Below, piece after piece: positions 30,655 to 41,065 of a stretch of DNA of 64,000 nt. How positions within the stretch are numbered: position 1 is the first letter of the stretch; every line of letters starts with the position of its first letter. A model generated the notes under the pieces. It saw nothing but the letters and a program-made list of their open reading frames with translations. It was not told the origin of the DNA and made no database searches. The translations under genes and the position numbers were made by a program. The stretch is from Candidatus Latescibacterota bacterium (GTDB lineage Bacteria > Latescibacterota > UBA2968 > UBA8231), in the NCBI GenBank assembly GCA_965208105.1, contig OZ242318.1:4128001-4192000 (forward strand). Reading direction: 5' to 3'.

Positions 30655-31650
30655 ATGGCTGAGAGCTTAGATATTCAGGCGATCGATGAGCGGGTGCAGG
30701 GGGAAAGCGTCCTGGTGGACCGCATTTTCCAGGAAATGGACCGGGTCATCATCGGCCAGCGCTACATGTTGGAGCGATTGCTGATCGGCATTTTCTGCAG
30801 CGGGCATGTGCTGCTGGAAGGGGTTCCCGGCCTGGCCAAGACCCTCACTGTGCGCACCTTGGCCGCGATCATCCAGGCCAGCTTCAAACGCATTCAGTTC
30901 ACCCCTGACCTGTTGCCCGCGGACTTGACGGGAACGCTGATCTACCACCAGCCGGAGGGGCGGTTCGTTCCCAGGAAGGGACCCATCTTCGCCAACCTTC
31001 TCCTGGCCGACGAGATCAATCGCGCCCCGGCCAAGGTGCAGAGCGCGTTGCTCGAATGTATGCAGGAGCGCCAGGTGACATTGGGCGACGAGACCTATTG
31101 TCTGGACGATCCCTTCCTGGTTATGGCGACCCAGAACCCCATCGAGCAGGAGGGCACCTATCCGCTCCCCGAAGCCCAGGTCGATCGTTTCATGCTGAAG
31201 ATCAAGGTCGGATATCCCGGCCGGGAAGAGGAGCGGCGGATTCTGGAGCGCATGGCCGCCGGCGGAGAAGTTGAGGTGGACCCCGTGGTGGCTCTCGATG
31301 ACATCCGGCGCCTGCGCGCGGCGGTCCAACTGGTCTACATGGATGACAAGATCAAGGATTACATCGTCAATTTGGTCTACGCCACCCGTCTTCCGCAGGA
31401 GATCGGCCTCGAGGACATGGTCGACCTCATCGAATACGGGGCATCCCCGAGAGCGACGATATTCCTGGCCCGCGCCGCCCGCGCCCACGCATTCATGCGC
31501 CGACGGGCCTACGTGACCCCTGAAGACGTCAAGGCGATCGGAGCCGATGTGTTGCGGCACCGCATCGTGGTCAGCTATGAGGCCGAGGCCGAAGAGATCG
31601 ACGCGGAGCAAATCGTCCGCAGGCTCTTCGACCACGTCGAGGTTCCATAA
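30655..31650 (+). CDS. MoxR-family AAA+ ATPase
   Basis: LLEGVPGLAKT, RIQFTPDLLPAD, DEINRAPAKVQSALL, ATQNPIEQEGTYPLPEAQ.DRF, GASPRA. Confidence 0.96.
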   Translation: MAESLDIQAIDERVQGESVLVDRIFQEMDRVIIGQRYMLERLLIGIFCSGHVLLEGVPGLAKTLTVRTLAAIIQASFKRIQFTPDLLPADLTGTLIYHQPEGRFVPRKGPIFANLLLADEINRAPAKVQSALLECMQERQVTLGDETYCLDDPFLVMATQNPIEQEGTYPLPEAQVDRFMLKIKVGYPGREEERRILERMAAGGEVEVDPVVALDDIRRLRAAVQLVYMDDKIKDYIVNLVYATRLPQEIGLEDMVDLIEYGASPRATIFLARAARAHAFMRRRAYVTPEDVKAIGADVLRHRIVVSYEAEAEEIDAEQIVRRLFDHVEVP

Positions 31651-31675
31651 GGTATTTTCAAAGTCCGCGGCTGCC

Positions 31676-32554
31676 GTGATTCCCAAAGAGATTCTCAGAA
31701 AAGTACACCTGATCGATATTCATACCCGCAGCGTGGTGAACAATCTCTTTGCGGGCGACTACCACTCGGTATTCAAGGGCCAGGGGATGGAGTTCTCGGA
31801 GGTGCGCGAGTACCAGCCGGGGGACGATATCCGCACCATCGATTGGAACGTGACCGCCCGGATGGGTACTCCCTATGTCAAGATGTTCGAGGAGGAACGC
31901 GAGCTCTCCGTGGTGCTCGTGGTCGACGCCAGCGCTTCGGGCAGCTTTGGCAGCGGTTCCCAGATGAAGGGGGAGATCGGGGTCGAGATATCGGCGCTCC
32001 TGGCCTTCGCCGCCATAAAGAACAACGACCGCGTGGGACTCCTGATTTTCACGGACGAGGTGGAGGTCTTCATCGCGCCCAAGAAGGGGCGGAAGCACGT
32101 CCTGAGGGTAATTCGCGAGTTGCTCTACTTCCAACCCCGCGGCGGCGGCACCGATATCACCGCCGCCCTCGAGTATCTGAACCGCGTAATCCACCGCCGC
32201 AGCGTGGTTTTTCTCATTACCGATTTCATGGACGCCGACTACGAGCGCGCCTTGCAATTGGTGCGGCGGCGCCACGACCTGATCGGCATCGCCATCGTGG
32301 ACCCGCGCGAACGCGAATTGCCGGATGTGGGATTCATATCCCTGCGCGACGCCGAGAGCGGGGAGCAGGTCCTGGTCGACACCCGCAACACCGAGCTGAG
32401 GAGGACATTCGCCAGGTGCCAGGAAGCTGCGCAGCGCAGGCGTGCCGAGCTCTTCGGCAAATTGGCCATCGACGAAATCAGGGTGGATGTTTCCCAACCG
32501 TATATCGAACCGCTGGTCCACTTCTTCCAGAGTCGGATACGGCGAAAGTACTGA
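31676..32554 (+). CDS. DUF58 domain protein
   Basis: FKGQGMEFSEVREYQPGDD.RTIDWNVTAR, FEEERE, DASAS, NDRVG. Confidence 0.95.
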   Translation: MIPKEILRKVHLIDIHTRSVVNNLFAGDYHSVFKGQGMEFSEVREYQPGDDIRTIDWNVTARMGTPYVKMFEEERELSVVLVVDASASGSFGSGSQMKGEIGVEISALLAFAAIKNNDRVGLLIFTDEVEVFIAPKKGRKHVLRVIRELLYFQPRGGGTDITAALEYLNRVIHRRSVVFLITDFMDADYERALQLVRRRHDLIGIAIVDPRERELPDVGFISLRDAESGEQVLVDTRNTELRRTFARCQEAAQRRRAELFGKLAIDEIRVDVSQPYIEPLVHFFQSRIRRKY

Positions 32555-32620
32555 GAGCCGGGGCCGGAATGCCCTCGCGGTTTGGCGGGGCAGTGGCTCG
32601 AGCAAAAAGGAGGCGTTTTT

Positions 32621-33568
32621 GTGATTGAAGTCAGCGAGCTGTCCAAATATTACGGCGATGTCGCCGCCGTGGAAGACATTTCGTTCAGAGTGGAGGAAGG
32701 AGAAATCCTGGGATTCCTGGGACCGAATGGAGCCGGCAAGACCACCACCATGCGAATGCTCACCTGCTATTTGCCGCCTTCCAGCGGCAGCGCGACCATT
32801 GCCGGCTATGACGTGGTGGAGGAATCTATGGAGGTGCGCCGGCGCATCGGCTATCTGCCCGAGCATCCTCCCCTCTATACCGACATGACCGTACGCGCCT
32901 ACCTGAACTTCGTGGCCAGGATAAAGGGATTGCCCACTGCCCACCTGAAAGGACGGATAGGCGAGGTCATGGAGAAGACCGGGATCACCGCTGTTCAGGA
33001 CACGGTGATCGGGCACCTCTCCAAGGGGTTCCGGCAGCGGGTGGGGCTTTCCCAGGCCCTGGTCCACAACCCCGACGTCCTGATTCTGGATGAGCCGACG
33101 GTGGGCCTCGACCCCAAGCAGATCATCGAGATCCGCGAAACCATCAAGGGATTGGCGGGAGACCATACGGTGATCCTGAGCACCCACATCCTGCCCGAGG
33201 TCAGCGTCACTTGCGAGAAGGTTGCCATAATCAACAATGGACGCATCGCCGGAGAAGGAACGCCTGAAAGCCTGATGGCGAAATTGAAGGAAGGGGAGGT
33301 CCTTCGCGCCCAGATTACCGGCCCCTCGGATCAGGTCATGGAGTTGATCGGGGCCATCGACGGAGTGCTGGATGTCTCCCTTGAAAGTGGGGGCCGGGAA
33401 GACGGCGAACAGGTTTACCTCGTCACTGCCAGCCCCGGACGGGACGTGCGCGACGACCTCGCCCGCAAGGTGGTGGACAGCGACCTGGGCCTGCGCGAGC
33501 TGAGACCGCTCGAGATGACCCTCGAAGACATATTCCTGCGGCTGACAACAGAGGAGGTGGATGCCTAG
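32621..33568 (+). CDS. ABC-2 transporter ATP-binding protein (GldA-like)
   Basis: GPNGAGKTT, IGYLPEHPPLY, LSKGFRQRVG, LDEPTVGLDP, STHIL. Confidence 0.93.
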   Translation: MIEVSELSKYYGDVAAVEDISFRVEEGEILGFLGPNGAGKTTTMRMLTCYLPPSSGSATIAGYDVVEESMEVRRRIGYLPEHPPLYTDMTVRAYLNFVARIKGLPTAHLKGRIGEVMEKTGITAVQDTVIGHLSKGFRQRVGLSQALVHNPDVLILDEPTVGLDPKQIIEIRETIKGLAGDHTVILSTHILPEVSVTCEKVAIINNGRIAGEGTPESLMAKLKEGEVLRAQITGPSDQVMELIGAIDGVLDVSLESGGREDGEQVYLVTASPGRDVRDDLARKVVDSDLGLRELRPLEMTLEDIFLRLTTEEVDA

Positions 33569-34354
33569 ATGCGCAATTTCTTAGCCATATACAACAAGGA
33601 GATGCGGTCCTACTTTGTTTCGCCCGTAGCCTACGTGATCGCCGGGGTATTCCTCTTCCTCTCCGGTTATCTGTTCCGCAACATTCTCATGCAGTTCAAC
33701 ATGCTGAGCATTCAGCTCATCCAGCAGCAGGCCCGCTTCAGAGACATGACCATGCCGACCCTGAACGTCAACGAGATGGTGGTCTCCCAGTTTTTCGGGG
33801 TGATGGACTTCATCTGGCTGCTGGTCGTGCCCATGCTGACCATGCGGCTGTTTGCCGAAGAAAAGAAGAGCGGCACCATCGAGCTTCTCATGACCTCGCC
33901 CATCACCACGGTTCAGGTGATCCTGGGCAAGTTCTTCGCCTGTCTCAGCCTGTATGTTCTGATCGTCGCAATGACCCTGGTATACTGCGGTATCCTGGAG
34001 CTCTACAGCAAGCCGGACTGGGGCCCCATCTTTTCGGGCTACCTGGGGTACATTCTGCTGGGTGGCGCCTTCATTACGGTGGGCATCCTGGCCTCTGCCC
34101 TGACCGAAAACCAGGTGGTGGCAGTGCTTTTGTCCTTCGGCATGCTGCTGCTCCTGTGGCTGATCGACTGGTCGGCCAGCTTCGCCGGTCCCACGGCCGC
34201 CAGGATACTCGAGTACCTTTCCTTCATCCGCCATCTCCAGGATTTTCAGCGCGGCGTCATCGATACCAAGGACGTGGTCTTCTACCTCAGTTTCATATTC
34301 TTCGGTTTGTTCCTGACCAGCCGGGTAATCGAGTCGAGAAGATGGAGGCGCTAG
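33569..34354 (+). CDS. ABC-2 permease (GldF-like)
   Basis: KEMRSYFVSPVAY, TMRLFAEEKKSGTIELL, SALTENQVVA, RGVID..DVVFY. Confidence 0.92.
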   Translation: MRNFLAIYNKEMRSYFVSPVAYVIAGVFLFLSGYLFRNILMQFNMLSIQLIQQQARFRDMTMPTLNVNEMVVSQFFGVMDFIWLLVVPMLTMRLFAEEKKSGTIELLMTSPITTVQVILGKFFACLSLYVLIVAMTLVYCGILELYSKPDWGPIFSGYLGYILLGGAFITVGILASALTENQVVAVLLSFGMLLLLWLIDWSASFAGPTAARILEYLSFIRHLQDFQRGVIDTKDVVFYLSFIFFGLFLTSRVIESRRWRR

Positions 34355-34355
34355 C

Positions 34356-37300
34356 ATGAAGCCCTATACGATTCCCCTCAGCCTGGCAGGCGCAGCCCTG
34401 ATCGCCGCCGGCGGGTTGGCCTATCTGATCCAGCCGGAGGCGGGAGTCGTCCCCGCGGTCAACATGGCCGTGGGCGCGGCAATGGTGGTGGCGGCAGGAG
34501 TAATCAACCCCGATCTCTTCAGGCACTACGGCCGCTGGCTCAACGCCTTTTGGGGAGGCATCATGGTCCTGGGCATCACCGTCATGGTGAACTTCCTGGC
34601 CGATCGCTATCCCCAGCGCCTCGACGTAACCGCCGGCAAGCTGCACAGCCTGGCGGATTTGACGGTGGAGACCCTGGAGTCGATGGAGAAGGAGGTTCGC
34701 GTTCTCGCCTTCGTGGAAAAAGGGGAAGACCAGGACCTCGAGAGCCTGTTGAAAGGCTACGGCGTCCACAGCTCACTCTTCAGCTTCGAGCTCGTCGATC
34801 CGGACAGGGAGCCTGAGCGGACCCAGAGATACGGAGTTCAGCGTTACAACACCCTGGTGATAGAAACCGACGACAAGCGGCAGATGATCGAGGAGAAGGA
34901 GGAAAAGGAGATAACCAGTGCCCTGTTGAAGGCCCTGCGCGACCGCAGCGAGGTGGTCTATCTCACCGTGGGTCACGGGGAGGCAGGGTCGGAGGGGGAT
35001 GGACGCGCCCTGGGAACGCTCAGGCAGCGCCTTGAAGAGATCGACTATGCACTCAGGGATTCCCTGTTTCTCGGCCACGCCGGAGAGGTGCCCCGCGATT
35101 GTGCCGTTTTGATGATCGCGGGGCCGCGCTTCCCGTTTCTCGATCCCGAAGTGGACGCAGTGCGCAGCTACCTGGAAAGGGGGGGATCGGTCATAGCATT
35201 TCTGGATCCCCTCTATGAAAGTGGCCTGGAGGGCCTGCTGAAGGAGTGGGGAGTGGAGGTAGGATCGGATTTCGTCATCGACACAAGCGGCATCGGCAGC
35301 CTTTTCGGCCTCGACATGACCGCTCCGGTGGCCATGAGCTACGGCGACCATCCGATCACCCGGAAACACCCGGGCGTCATGACCGCCTTCCACTTGGCGC
35401 GATCGGTGCAGCTTGCGGCGGCGCAGGAGGAGGGATTCGAAGGAGTGGAGCTGGTAGAGACCAGCGAACAGGGATGGGCCGAAACGGATTTGAGCGTGCT
35501 CAATACCAGGGGAAAGAGAACGGTCAGGCTCGACGAGGGAGTCGACCGCAAAGGTCCCGTCGCGCTGGGGGTCGCGGTGAGCGCCCCTGACCGGTCCGGT
35601 GCAGAAGGGGGCCGCCTGGTGGTCTTCGGAGACTCCGACTTTGCCACGGATTCCTACTTCGCCTACCAGGGGAACGGCGATCTGGTGCTCAACACCTTGA
35701 GCTGGCTGGCCTCCGACGAAAGCCTGATCTCCATCCGCCCGCGGGAGGCCGGGCACAGTCCCATCGCCCTAACCGAGAGGCAGGGTGACTGGATCTTCTG
35801 GGTCACGGTTGTATTGATGCCGGCGGCAGTCGCCCTCCTGGGGATTTTCATCGTATCTCGCAAGGGCCGGTGGAGCCTGGCCGACCTGGCCACCGCCGGA
35901 CTCGGCCTGGTCATTGCCCTTTTCGCCGTCGGCCTGGTGAATTTTGTCGGCAATAGCTACCACCTGCGCATCGACCTGACCAAGGAGGGCCTGTTTTCCC
36001 TTGCCGAGGAGACCAGGGATCTTCTCGAAGGGCTGGGGGAGGACGACCAGCGCGTCTCGGTAAAGGCGTTCATGACCGAGTTCGAAGCCGGGCGCTTCGA
36101 GAATCTGCTCCGGGAATACGGGTATGCCTCGAAGAATTTCGACTACGAAATTCTCGATCCGCAAAAGAACGCCCTGGAAGTGAAGCAATACGGGGTCCGC
36201 GAGATGGGCACTTCCGTCGTCGAGGTGAGCGGAGACGGCCGCGTTCGCGCGGAGCGCATCACGGAGCAGAGCGAAGAGGCCCTGAGCAACGCCATTCTGA
36301 AGGCGCTCAACGCAAGGGAACAGAAGGCCTACTTCAGCGGGGGTCACCAGGAGGGCGATCTCGACCTGGTGGACGGCGAAGGCTACAGCATGCTGAAGGG
36401 CCGCCTCGAGGAGATGAACTTCGAGGTGTTCGACAGCCTGCGCGTCGAGGAGGGGATTCCATCCGATGCCACCCTGCTGGTCGTCCTGTCTCCCCGGACC
36501 CCGTTCAGCAGGGCCGCCGCCGACTCGGTCTTCAGCTATCTGCTGCGCGGCAAGAAGGCTCTGCTCCTCCTCGACCCCGGTTCCAGGACCGGCTTCGAGA
36601 GGATGTTGTTCACCTACCAGATCGAGCTGGGACAGAATTTTGTGGTCGACTTGAGCGGGCTCGGCCAGTTCTTCGGTGCCGATGTCTCCGTGCCGGTTGT
36701 GGTCGAGTACGGAGACCACCCCATAACCGAAAAGATCCCGCAGAGGGGCATGAGTTTCTTCCCTTTGGCGCGCTCTCTGAACAGGATGCCGTTCATGCGC
36801 CAGATGGCCGGGCCCACCCGGCCCCGGGTCACACCGCTGGCCGTGACCCACAAAAGCAGTTGGGGCGAGAAGGACCTGAGCCCCATCCAGGGCGGGGACG
36901 GCAAGGTTGAATTCAACGAAGGCGAGGATACCAGGGGACCCCTGGTTCTGGCCGCGGCGGTGGAGGCCGAACCAGATACCAGCGTGCACAGCGGGGAGAA
37001 AACCCGGTTCGTAGTCTTCGGCGACGCAGATTTTGCGCGCAACCAGTACTTCGGGCAGCAGGTAAACGGGGAGTTGCTCATGAGCAGCGTCTCCTGGCTG
37101 AGCGAGCGTGAAGACAAGCTCACCATTCCGCCCCGGGAGCCGACGCACACGCCGATCACCTTCTACGGCAACCAGGGAGCGCTACTGGTCTGGGCATCCG
37201 TATTCGTGCTGCCATTCGCGGTCGCGCTTTCAGGCATGGTCATCGTCCTGCGCCGGGGCTATGAGAGCTACGCCAGCGGCTTTCTTTCCTGGCTGATGTA

Positions 37301-37619
37301 CAACTTCAGCGCTGCGGCCGTCTTCTTCTTCGTCCTTGCCGTCATCGGAGCCAGCGAGGGGGACGTAGCCAGCGGTGAGGGCTACCTGCTGCTGTCTCTG
37401 GTCACCGCCGCCATCGGATACGGACTCTACCGCCGTGCGCCGTGGGTCTGGGCATGGGCCCTGGCTCTGGCTGTCCTCCACGCAGGGCTGGGGTTCCTGG
37501 CCATTCCCAACGACACCATTCAGCTTCTCTACGCTGCGCTGTTCACGGTCAATGCCGCGATTCTGGTGTGGATCAGAGATGCCTTTCGCATCCATGGAGA
37601 CAGGGAGGTTGCAGCTTAA
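34356..37619 (+). CDS. GldG-family protein with two tandem GldG modules and extra C-terminal TM helices
   Basis: Paired motifs: RLDVT/RIDLT, GHGE/GHQE, YGDHPIT twice, VVFGDSDFA/VVFGDADFA, SWLA/SWLS. Confidence 0.88.
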   Translation: MKPYTIPLSLAGAALIAAGGLAYLIQPEAGVVPAVNMAVGAAMVVAAGVINPDLFRHYGRWLNAFWGGIMVLGITVMVNFLADRYPQRLDVTAGKLHSLADLTVETLESMEKEVRVLAFVEKGEDQDLESLLKGYGVHSSLFSFELVDPDREPERTQRYGVQRYNTLVIETDDKRQMIEEKEEKEITSALLKALRDRSEVVYLTVGHGEAGSEGDGRALGTLRQRLEEIDYALRDSLFLGHAGEVPRDCAVLMIAGPRFPFLDPEVDAVRSYLERGGSVIAFLDPLYESGLEGLLKEWGVEVGSDFVIDTSGIGSLFGLDMTAPVAMSYGDHPITRKHPGVMTAFHLARSVQLAAAQEEGFEGVELVETSEQGWAETDLSVLNTRGKRTVRLDEGVDRKGPVALGVAVSAPDRSGAEGGRLVVFGDSDFATDSYFAYQGNGDLVLNTLSWLASDESLISIRPREAGHSPIALTERQGDWIFWVTVVLMPAAVALLGIFIVSRKGRWSLADLATAGLGLVIALFAVGLVNFVGNSYHLRIDLTKEGLFSLAEETRDLLEGLGEDDQRVSVKAFMTEFEAGRFENLLREYGYASKNFDYEILDPQKNALEVKQYGVREMGTSVVEVSGDGRVRAERITEQSEEALSNAILKALNAREQKAYFSGGHQEGDLDLVDGEGYSMLKGRLEEMNFEVFDSLRVEEGIPSDATLLVVLSPRTPFSRAAADSVFSYLLRGKKALLLLDPGSRTGFERMLFTYQIELGQNFVVDLSGLGQFFGADVSVPVVVEYGDHPITEKIPQRGMSFFPLARSLNRMPFMRQMAGPTRPRVTPLAVTHKSSWGEKDLSPIQGGDGKVEFNEGEDTRGPLVLAAAVEAEPDTSVHSGEKTRFVVFGDADFARNQYFGQQVNGELLMSSVSWLSEREDKLTIPPREPTHTPITFYGNQGALLVWASVFVLPFAVALSGMVIVLRRGYESYASGFLSWLMYNFSAAAVFFFVLAVIGASEGDVASGEGYLLLSLVTAAIGYGLYRRAPWVWAWALALAVLHAGLGFLAIPNDTIQLLYAALFTVNAAILVWIRDAFRIHGDREVAA

Positions 37620-39062
37620 ATGAAGTTCAAAACCAATGCGATAATCGCCCTGGTATTCGCCGGTCTGCTCGCCTTCGTCTATTGGTACGAGATCAAGGGC
37701 GGGGAAGAACGCCAGGTGGCCGAGGAAAAGGCCGGGATGGTCCTGGATTTCGGGGCTGACGAGGCGGTGAGACTCGTCCTCGACCGCGGCGACACCCTGA
37801 TCGTTCTTGAGAAGCGCGACTCCTGGGTCTTGACCGAGCCCATCGAAAGCGCGACCGACGAGGACGCGGTGGAGCGCTACATCGACGACCTGGCCAGGTG
37901 CCGGCGCGAGCGCGTGGTCGAGGACAGCGCCAGCGCCACCGACTATCCCGATGCGGCCGCCAGGTACCGGTTGGACGATCCGCGTCTCAAGGTGCTGGTG
38001 GAAACCGGAGAAGGGGAGCAGGACACCCTCTTTTTCGGAGCCGAGAGTCCCACTGGAAGCTACGTTTTCGCCAGCCGAAGCGGACCGAACCCCGAAATCT
38101 TCACCATGCGCACCTTTTACTTCAACAGCCTGAGCAAAGGGGTGTTCGACCTGCGCGACCGCCGGGTTCTTCCCTTCGAAAAGAAGGAGGTGCAGGAAAT
38201 CCGCCTGGCGCGTCCGGAAGGGCGGATCGTCCTCGAGCGTCGTGGCAGGAAGGACTGGTACATGCGGGTGCCGGCACAGGTTCCCGTGGACGAGGACGCG
38301 GTGGAAGAGATATTGACCCGGCTCCACAACGCCAGGGTCGATACCTTCGTCGCGGAGCGGCCCGACGACGAGGCCAGGACGCGGTACGGCCTCGCCGGCA
38401 TCGTGAATCTGGAGGTGTCCCTGCTGCTCGGTGCGGAGCACACGGAGAAGCGTCTGCGCCTCGGCGCGGCACGCGATCGGCACCGCAACTATGCCATGGA
38501 TTTGAGCCGTTCTCCCATCTTCCTGGTCGATACGACCCTGGTGCGCCCGTTGCAGCAGCAGGCCAAAGACCTGCGCGACCGAAAGCCCCTGGAGTTCAAC
38601 CGCGACGAGGTCGTCCGAATCGAGATCCGCGGAGCGGAGACTCTGGCCGCTGAGAAGGACACGACCGGGGCATGGATGCTCGTCGAGCCCGAGGTTCGCG
38701 CGACCCGATCGTGGAAATTCAACAACCTCATGACCGACCTCGAAGAAGTGGAGGTCGAGGAGTTTGTCGCGGATCAGGTCGAGGACATGGGTGCCTACGG
38801 GCTCGCCTCGCCCGGGTTGAGGCTGAAGCTGATGGGGGAGGAAGGAGAAGACTTGCTGGAGGTTCACCTTGGCGCGCAAAAGGACGACATGGTCCACCTT
38901 ACCAAGGTGGGAGTGCCTTCGGTATACCTGGTGAGCGAGTATGTTCTGCAGGATCTGGGTCTGGAGGTGGACGACGTGGTTGAACTTGCCGGGTTGGACG
39001 ACTCCGACGAAGCCGGCGATGCGGACGAAGCTGAGGACCCCGAAGACCCCGATGGACCGTGA
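37620..39062 (+). CDS. DUF4340 domain protein
   Basis: N-terminal TM; repeats with YRLDDP/YGLA, DLRDRR/DLRDRK; acidic tail. Confidence 0.85.
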   Translation: MKFKTNAIIALVFAGLLAFVYWYEIKGGEERQVAEEKAGMVLDFGADEAVRLVLDRGDTLIVLEKRDSWVLTEPIESATDEDAVERYIDDLARCRRERVVEDSASATDYPDAAARYRLDDPRLKVLVETGEGEQDTLFFGAESPTGSYVFASRSGPNPEIFTMRTFYFNSLSKGVFDLRDRRVLPFEKKEVQEIRLARPEGRIVLERRGRKDWYMRVPAQVPVDEDAVEEILTRLHNARVDTFVAERPDDEARTRYGLAGIVNLEVSLLLGAEHTEKRLRLGAARDRHRNYAMDLSRSPIFLVDTTLVRPLQQQAKDLRDRKPLEFNRDEVVRIEIRGAETLAAEKDTTGAWMLVEPEVRATRSWKFNNLMTDLEEVEVEEFVADQVEDMGAYGLASPGLRLKLMGEEGEDLLEVHLGAQKDDMVHLTKVGVPSVYLVSEYVLQDLGLEVDDVVELAGLDDSDEAGDADEAEDPEDPDGP

Positions 39063-40048
39063 ATCCGAGTTTGCCTCTCTTCCTGGCATTGTGGCTGAAC
39101 GGTCAGGTCCTGGCGGCAGTCCTGCCGGCGGTGGAGGCTCGAGTCGATACCGCCAGGGTCACCTTGGGAGATCCCGTCGAGCTGACTTTGAGGCTTCGCC
39201 ACCGCTCTTCGGAGAAGCCCGCCCTGCCTCCGGTGGCCAGGATCCTGCCTGGCTTTTTTTCGAGGCTGGAGGCGGGCGGCGGGTCCGAGACCGTGGATGG
39301 CGGGATTGAGCGGGTCTGGCGCTATGAACTGCGATTCTACTCACTCGGGCTGCAGCGAATTCCGCCGCTGCCGGTGACCTTCATCCAGACCTCCGGCGAT
39401 ACCCTGGTCCGCGCCACCGAGCCCCTCGAGATCGAGGTGGTCAGCGTGCGCCGGGAAGGGGAGGAGGTTGAGCTGGGGGATATTCGGCCTCCGGTGGGAA
39501 TCCCCGGCGGGGTGCCCCTGTGGCTGGCCGCAATGCTGGCGGCGCTGCTGCTGGTGGCGCTGGCCGCCGCGGTCTACTGGTTGTTGCAGCGTCCCTCCCG
39601 CAAGGGGGAAGAGGCGCCTGCTGTCGCCCCGACCGACTTTGCGGCGGAATTTTCCCGCATTGCGGCCATGGGCCTGCTGGAACGCGGAGAATTCAAGCGA
39701 TACTACTCCCTGCTTTCGGAAAATATGCGGCGGTATCTCGAAGCCGAGCTGCAGGTGGAAGCCATGGAGCGCACTACGGACGAGATTGCATCGGCGCTCC
39801 GGCGAATCGGCCTCGAGGATGGGGCAAGGACCGATCTGGAGGAGTATTTGCGGGCAGCCGACATGGTGAAGTTCGCCTGCTTTTCCCCGGAGATCGCCAG
39901 TGCGCGCCGGGCACCCGCCTCGGGTGCCACCATAGTGAGGGCGGTGGAAGCTGCAATGCAGGCCGGCGCCGAGCCACGGGCTTTTCCGGATGATTCAGGT
40001 GAACCCTCCGCAGCCTCGGTGCCCTCCCGGGCGCCGTCTCAGTCGTGA
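39059..40048 (+). CDS. Bat-operon membrane protein (Ig-like domain, TM, helical domain)
   Basis: Signal peptide, TLGDPV, DIRPP, TM, RRYLE..AMERTTDEI, ADMVKFA; directly before batA. Confidence 0.75.
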   Translation: MNPSLPLFLALWLNGQVLAAVLPAVEARVDTARVTLGDPVELTLRLRHRSSEKPALPPVARILPGFFSRLEAGGGSETVDGGIERVWRYELRFYSLGLQRIPPLPVTFIQTSGDTLVRATEPLEIEVVSVRREGEEVELGDIRPPVGIPGGVPLWLAAMLAALLLVALAAAVYWLLQRPSRKGEEAPAVAPTDFAAEFSRIAAMGLLERGEFKRYYSLLSENMRRYLEAELQVEAMERTTDEIASALRRIGLEDGARTDLEEYLRAADMVKFACFSPEIASARRAPASGATIVRAVEAAMQAGAEPRAFPDDSGEPSAASVPSRAPSQS

Positions 40049-41049
40049 TTCACTTCGAGTCTCCCCATTGGCTCTGGCTGCTTCTGGCGCTGCCTCTGCT
40101 GGTTTTTCGCTATGTGCGTGAAGAGCGGGGAGAAAAGGGCAGCGTCCGCTTCGCCGACCTGGGCGTCCTGCGGCAGTTGCGGCCCACCCTGTGGACTCGC
40201 CTGCGCCACATCCTCATCGTGCTCAAGGTGGCGGCCCTCGGTTGCTTGGTGGTGGCCATGGGGCGGCCGCAATCGGGACTGGAGAGCCGCGAAATATCCT
40301 CCGAGGGCATCGACATCATGCTGACTCTGGACGTGTCGCGGAGCATGGAGCACAGGGACCTCGCCCAGGCCGAGAAGAGCAGGTTGCAGGTGGCCAAGGA
40401 GGTGGTCGCCGACTTCGCCAGCGGACGCCAGACAGACCGCATGGGGGTGGTTGTCTTCGCGGGTGAGAGTTTCACCCAGTGTCCCCTGACCCTCGACCAT
40501 TCCCTGCTTCTCGACTTTCTGGACGGCGTGGAGATCCCGGCCAAACAGACCCGCCATGCCGATTGGCACGACTCCACCGCCATTGGCATGGCCTTGATCA
40601 ACGCCTGCAACCGCCTGCGCCGCTCGGAGGCCGAAAGCAAGGTCATCATTCTCCTCACCGATGGTGAGAACAACGCGGGCGAGATCGAGCCTCTGACCGC
40701 GGCGGACGTTGCGGCGGCCGTCGGGATCCGGGTATACACCATCGGGGTCGGCGCCTCGGACCAGTCCCGGCAGGGCCTTTTTTCCAGGCTGAATCAGAGG
40801 GCGCCCCAAATCGACGAGGAGACTCTCAGGGAAGTGGCCGGGCGCACCGGAGGGAAGTACTACCGGGCGACCAGCGAGGAGAAACTAAAGGAGATCTACC
40901 GGGAGATAGGCGAACTGGAGACCACCGAGATAAAGACGGAGATCAAGGTGGACTACGCGGACCGCTTCCCCGCATTCCTGTGGTTCGGACTTGCGCTGCT
41001 GCTCGCAGGGGTAGCTCTGGCCAACACCCGTTTTCGCAGCATTCCCTGA
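40045..41049 (+). CDS. batA: VWA domain protein BatA
   Basis: N-terminal F.SP.WL TM, GRPQ, MIDAS DVSRSM, CPLTLD, TAIG, LLTDGENN. Confidence 0.88.
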   Translation: MIHFESPHWLWLLLALPLLVFRYVREERGEKGSVRFADLGVLRQLRPTLWTRLRHILIVLKVAALGCLVVAMGRPQSGLESREISSEGIDIMLTLDVSRSMEHRDLAQAEKSRLQVAKEVVADFASGRQTDRMGVVVFAGESFTQCPLTLDHSLLLDFLDGVEIPAKQTRHADWHDSTAIGMALINACNRLRRSEAESKVIILLTDGENNAGEIEPLTAADVAAAVGIRVYTIGVGASDQSRQGLFSRLNQRAPQIDEETLREVAGRTGGKYYRATSEEKLKEIYREIGELETTEIKTEIKVDYADRFPAFLWFGLALLLAGVALANTRFRSIP

Positions 41050-41065
41050 CCCCGGGACCGGGACC

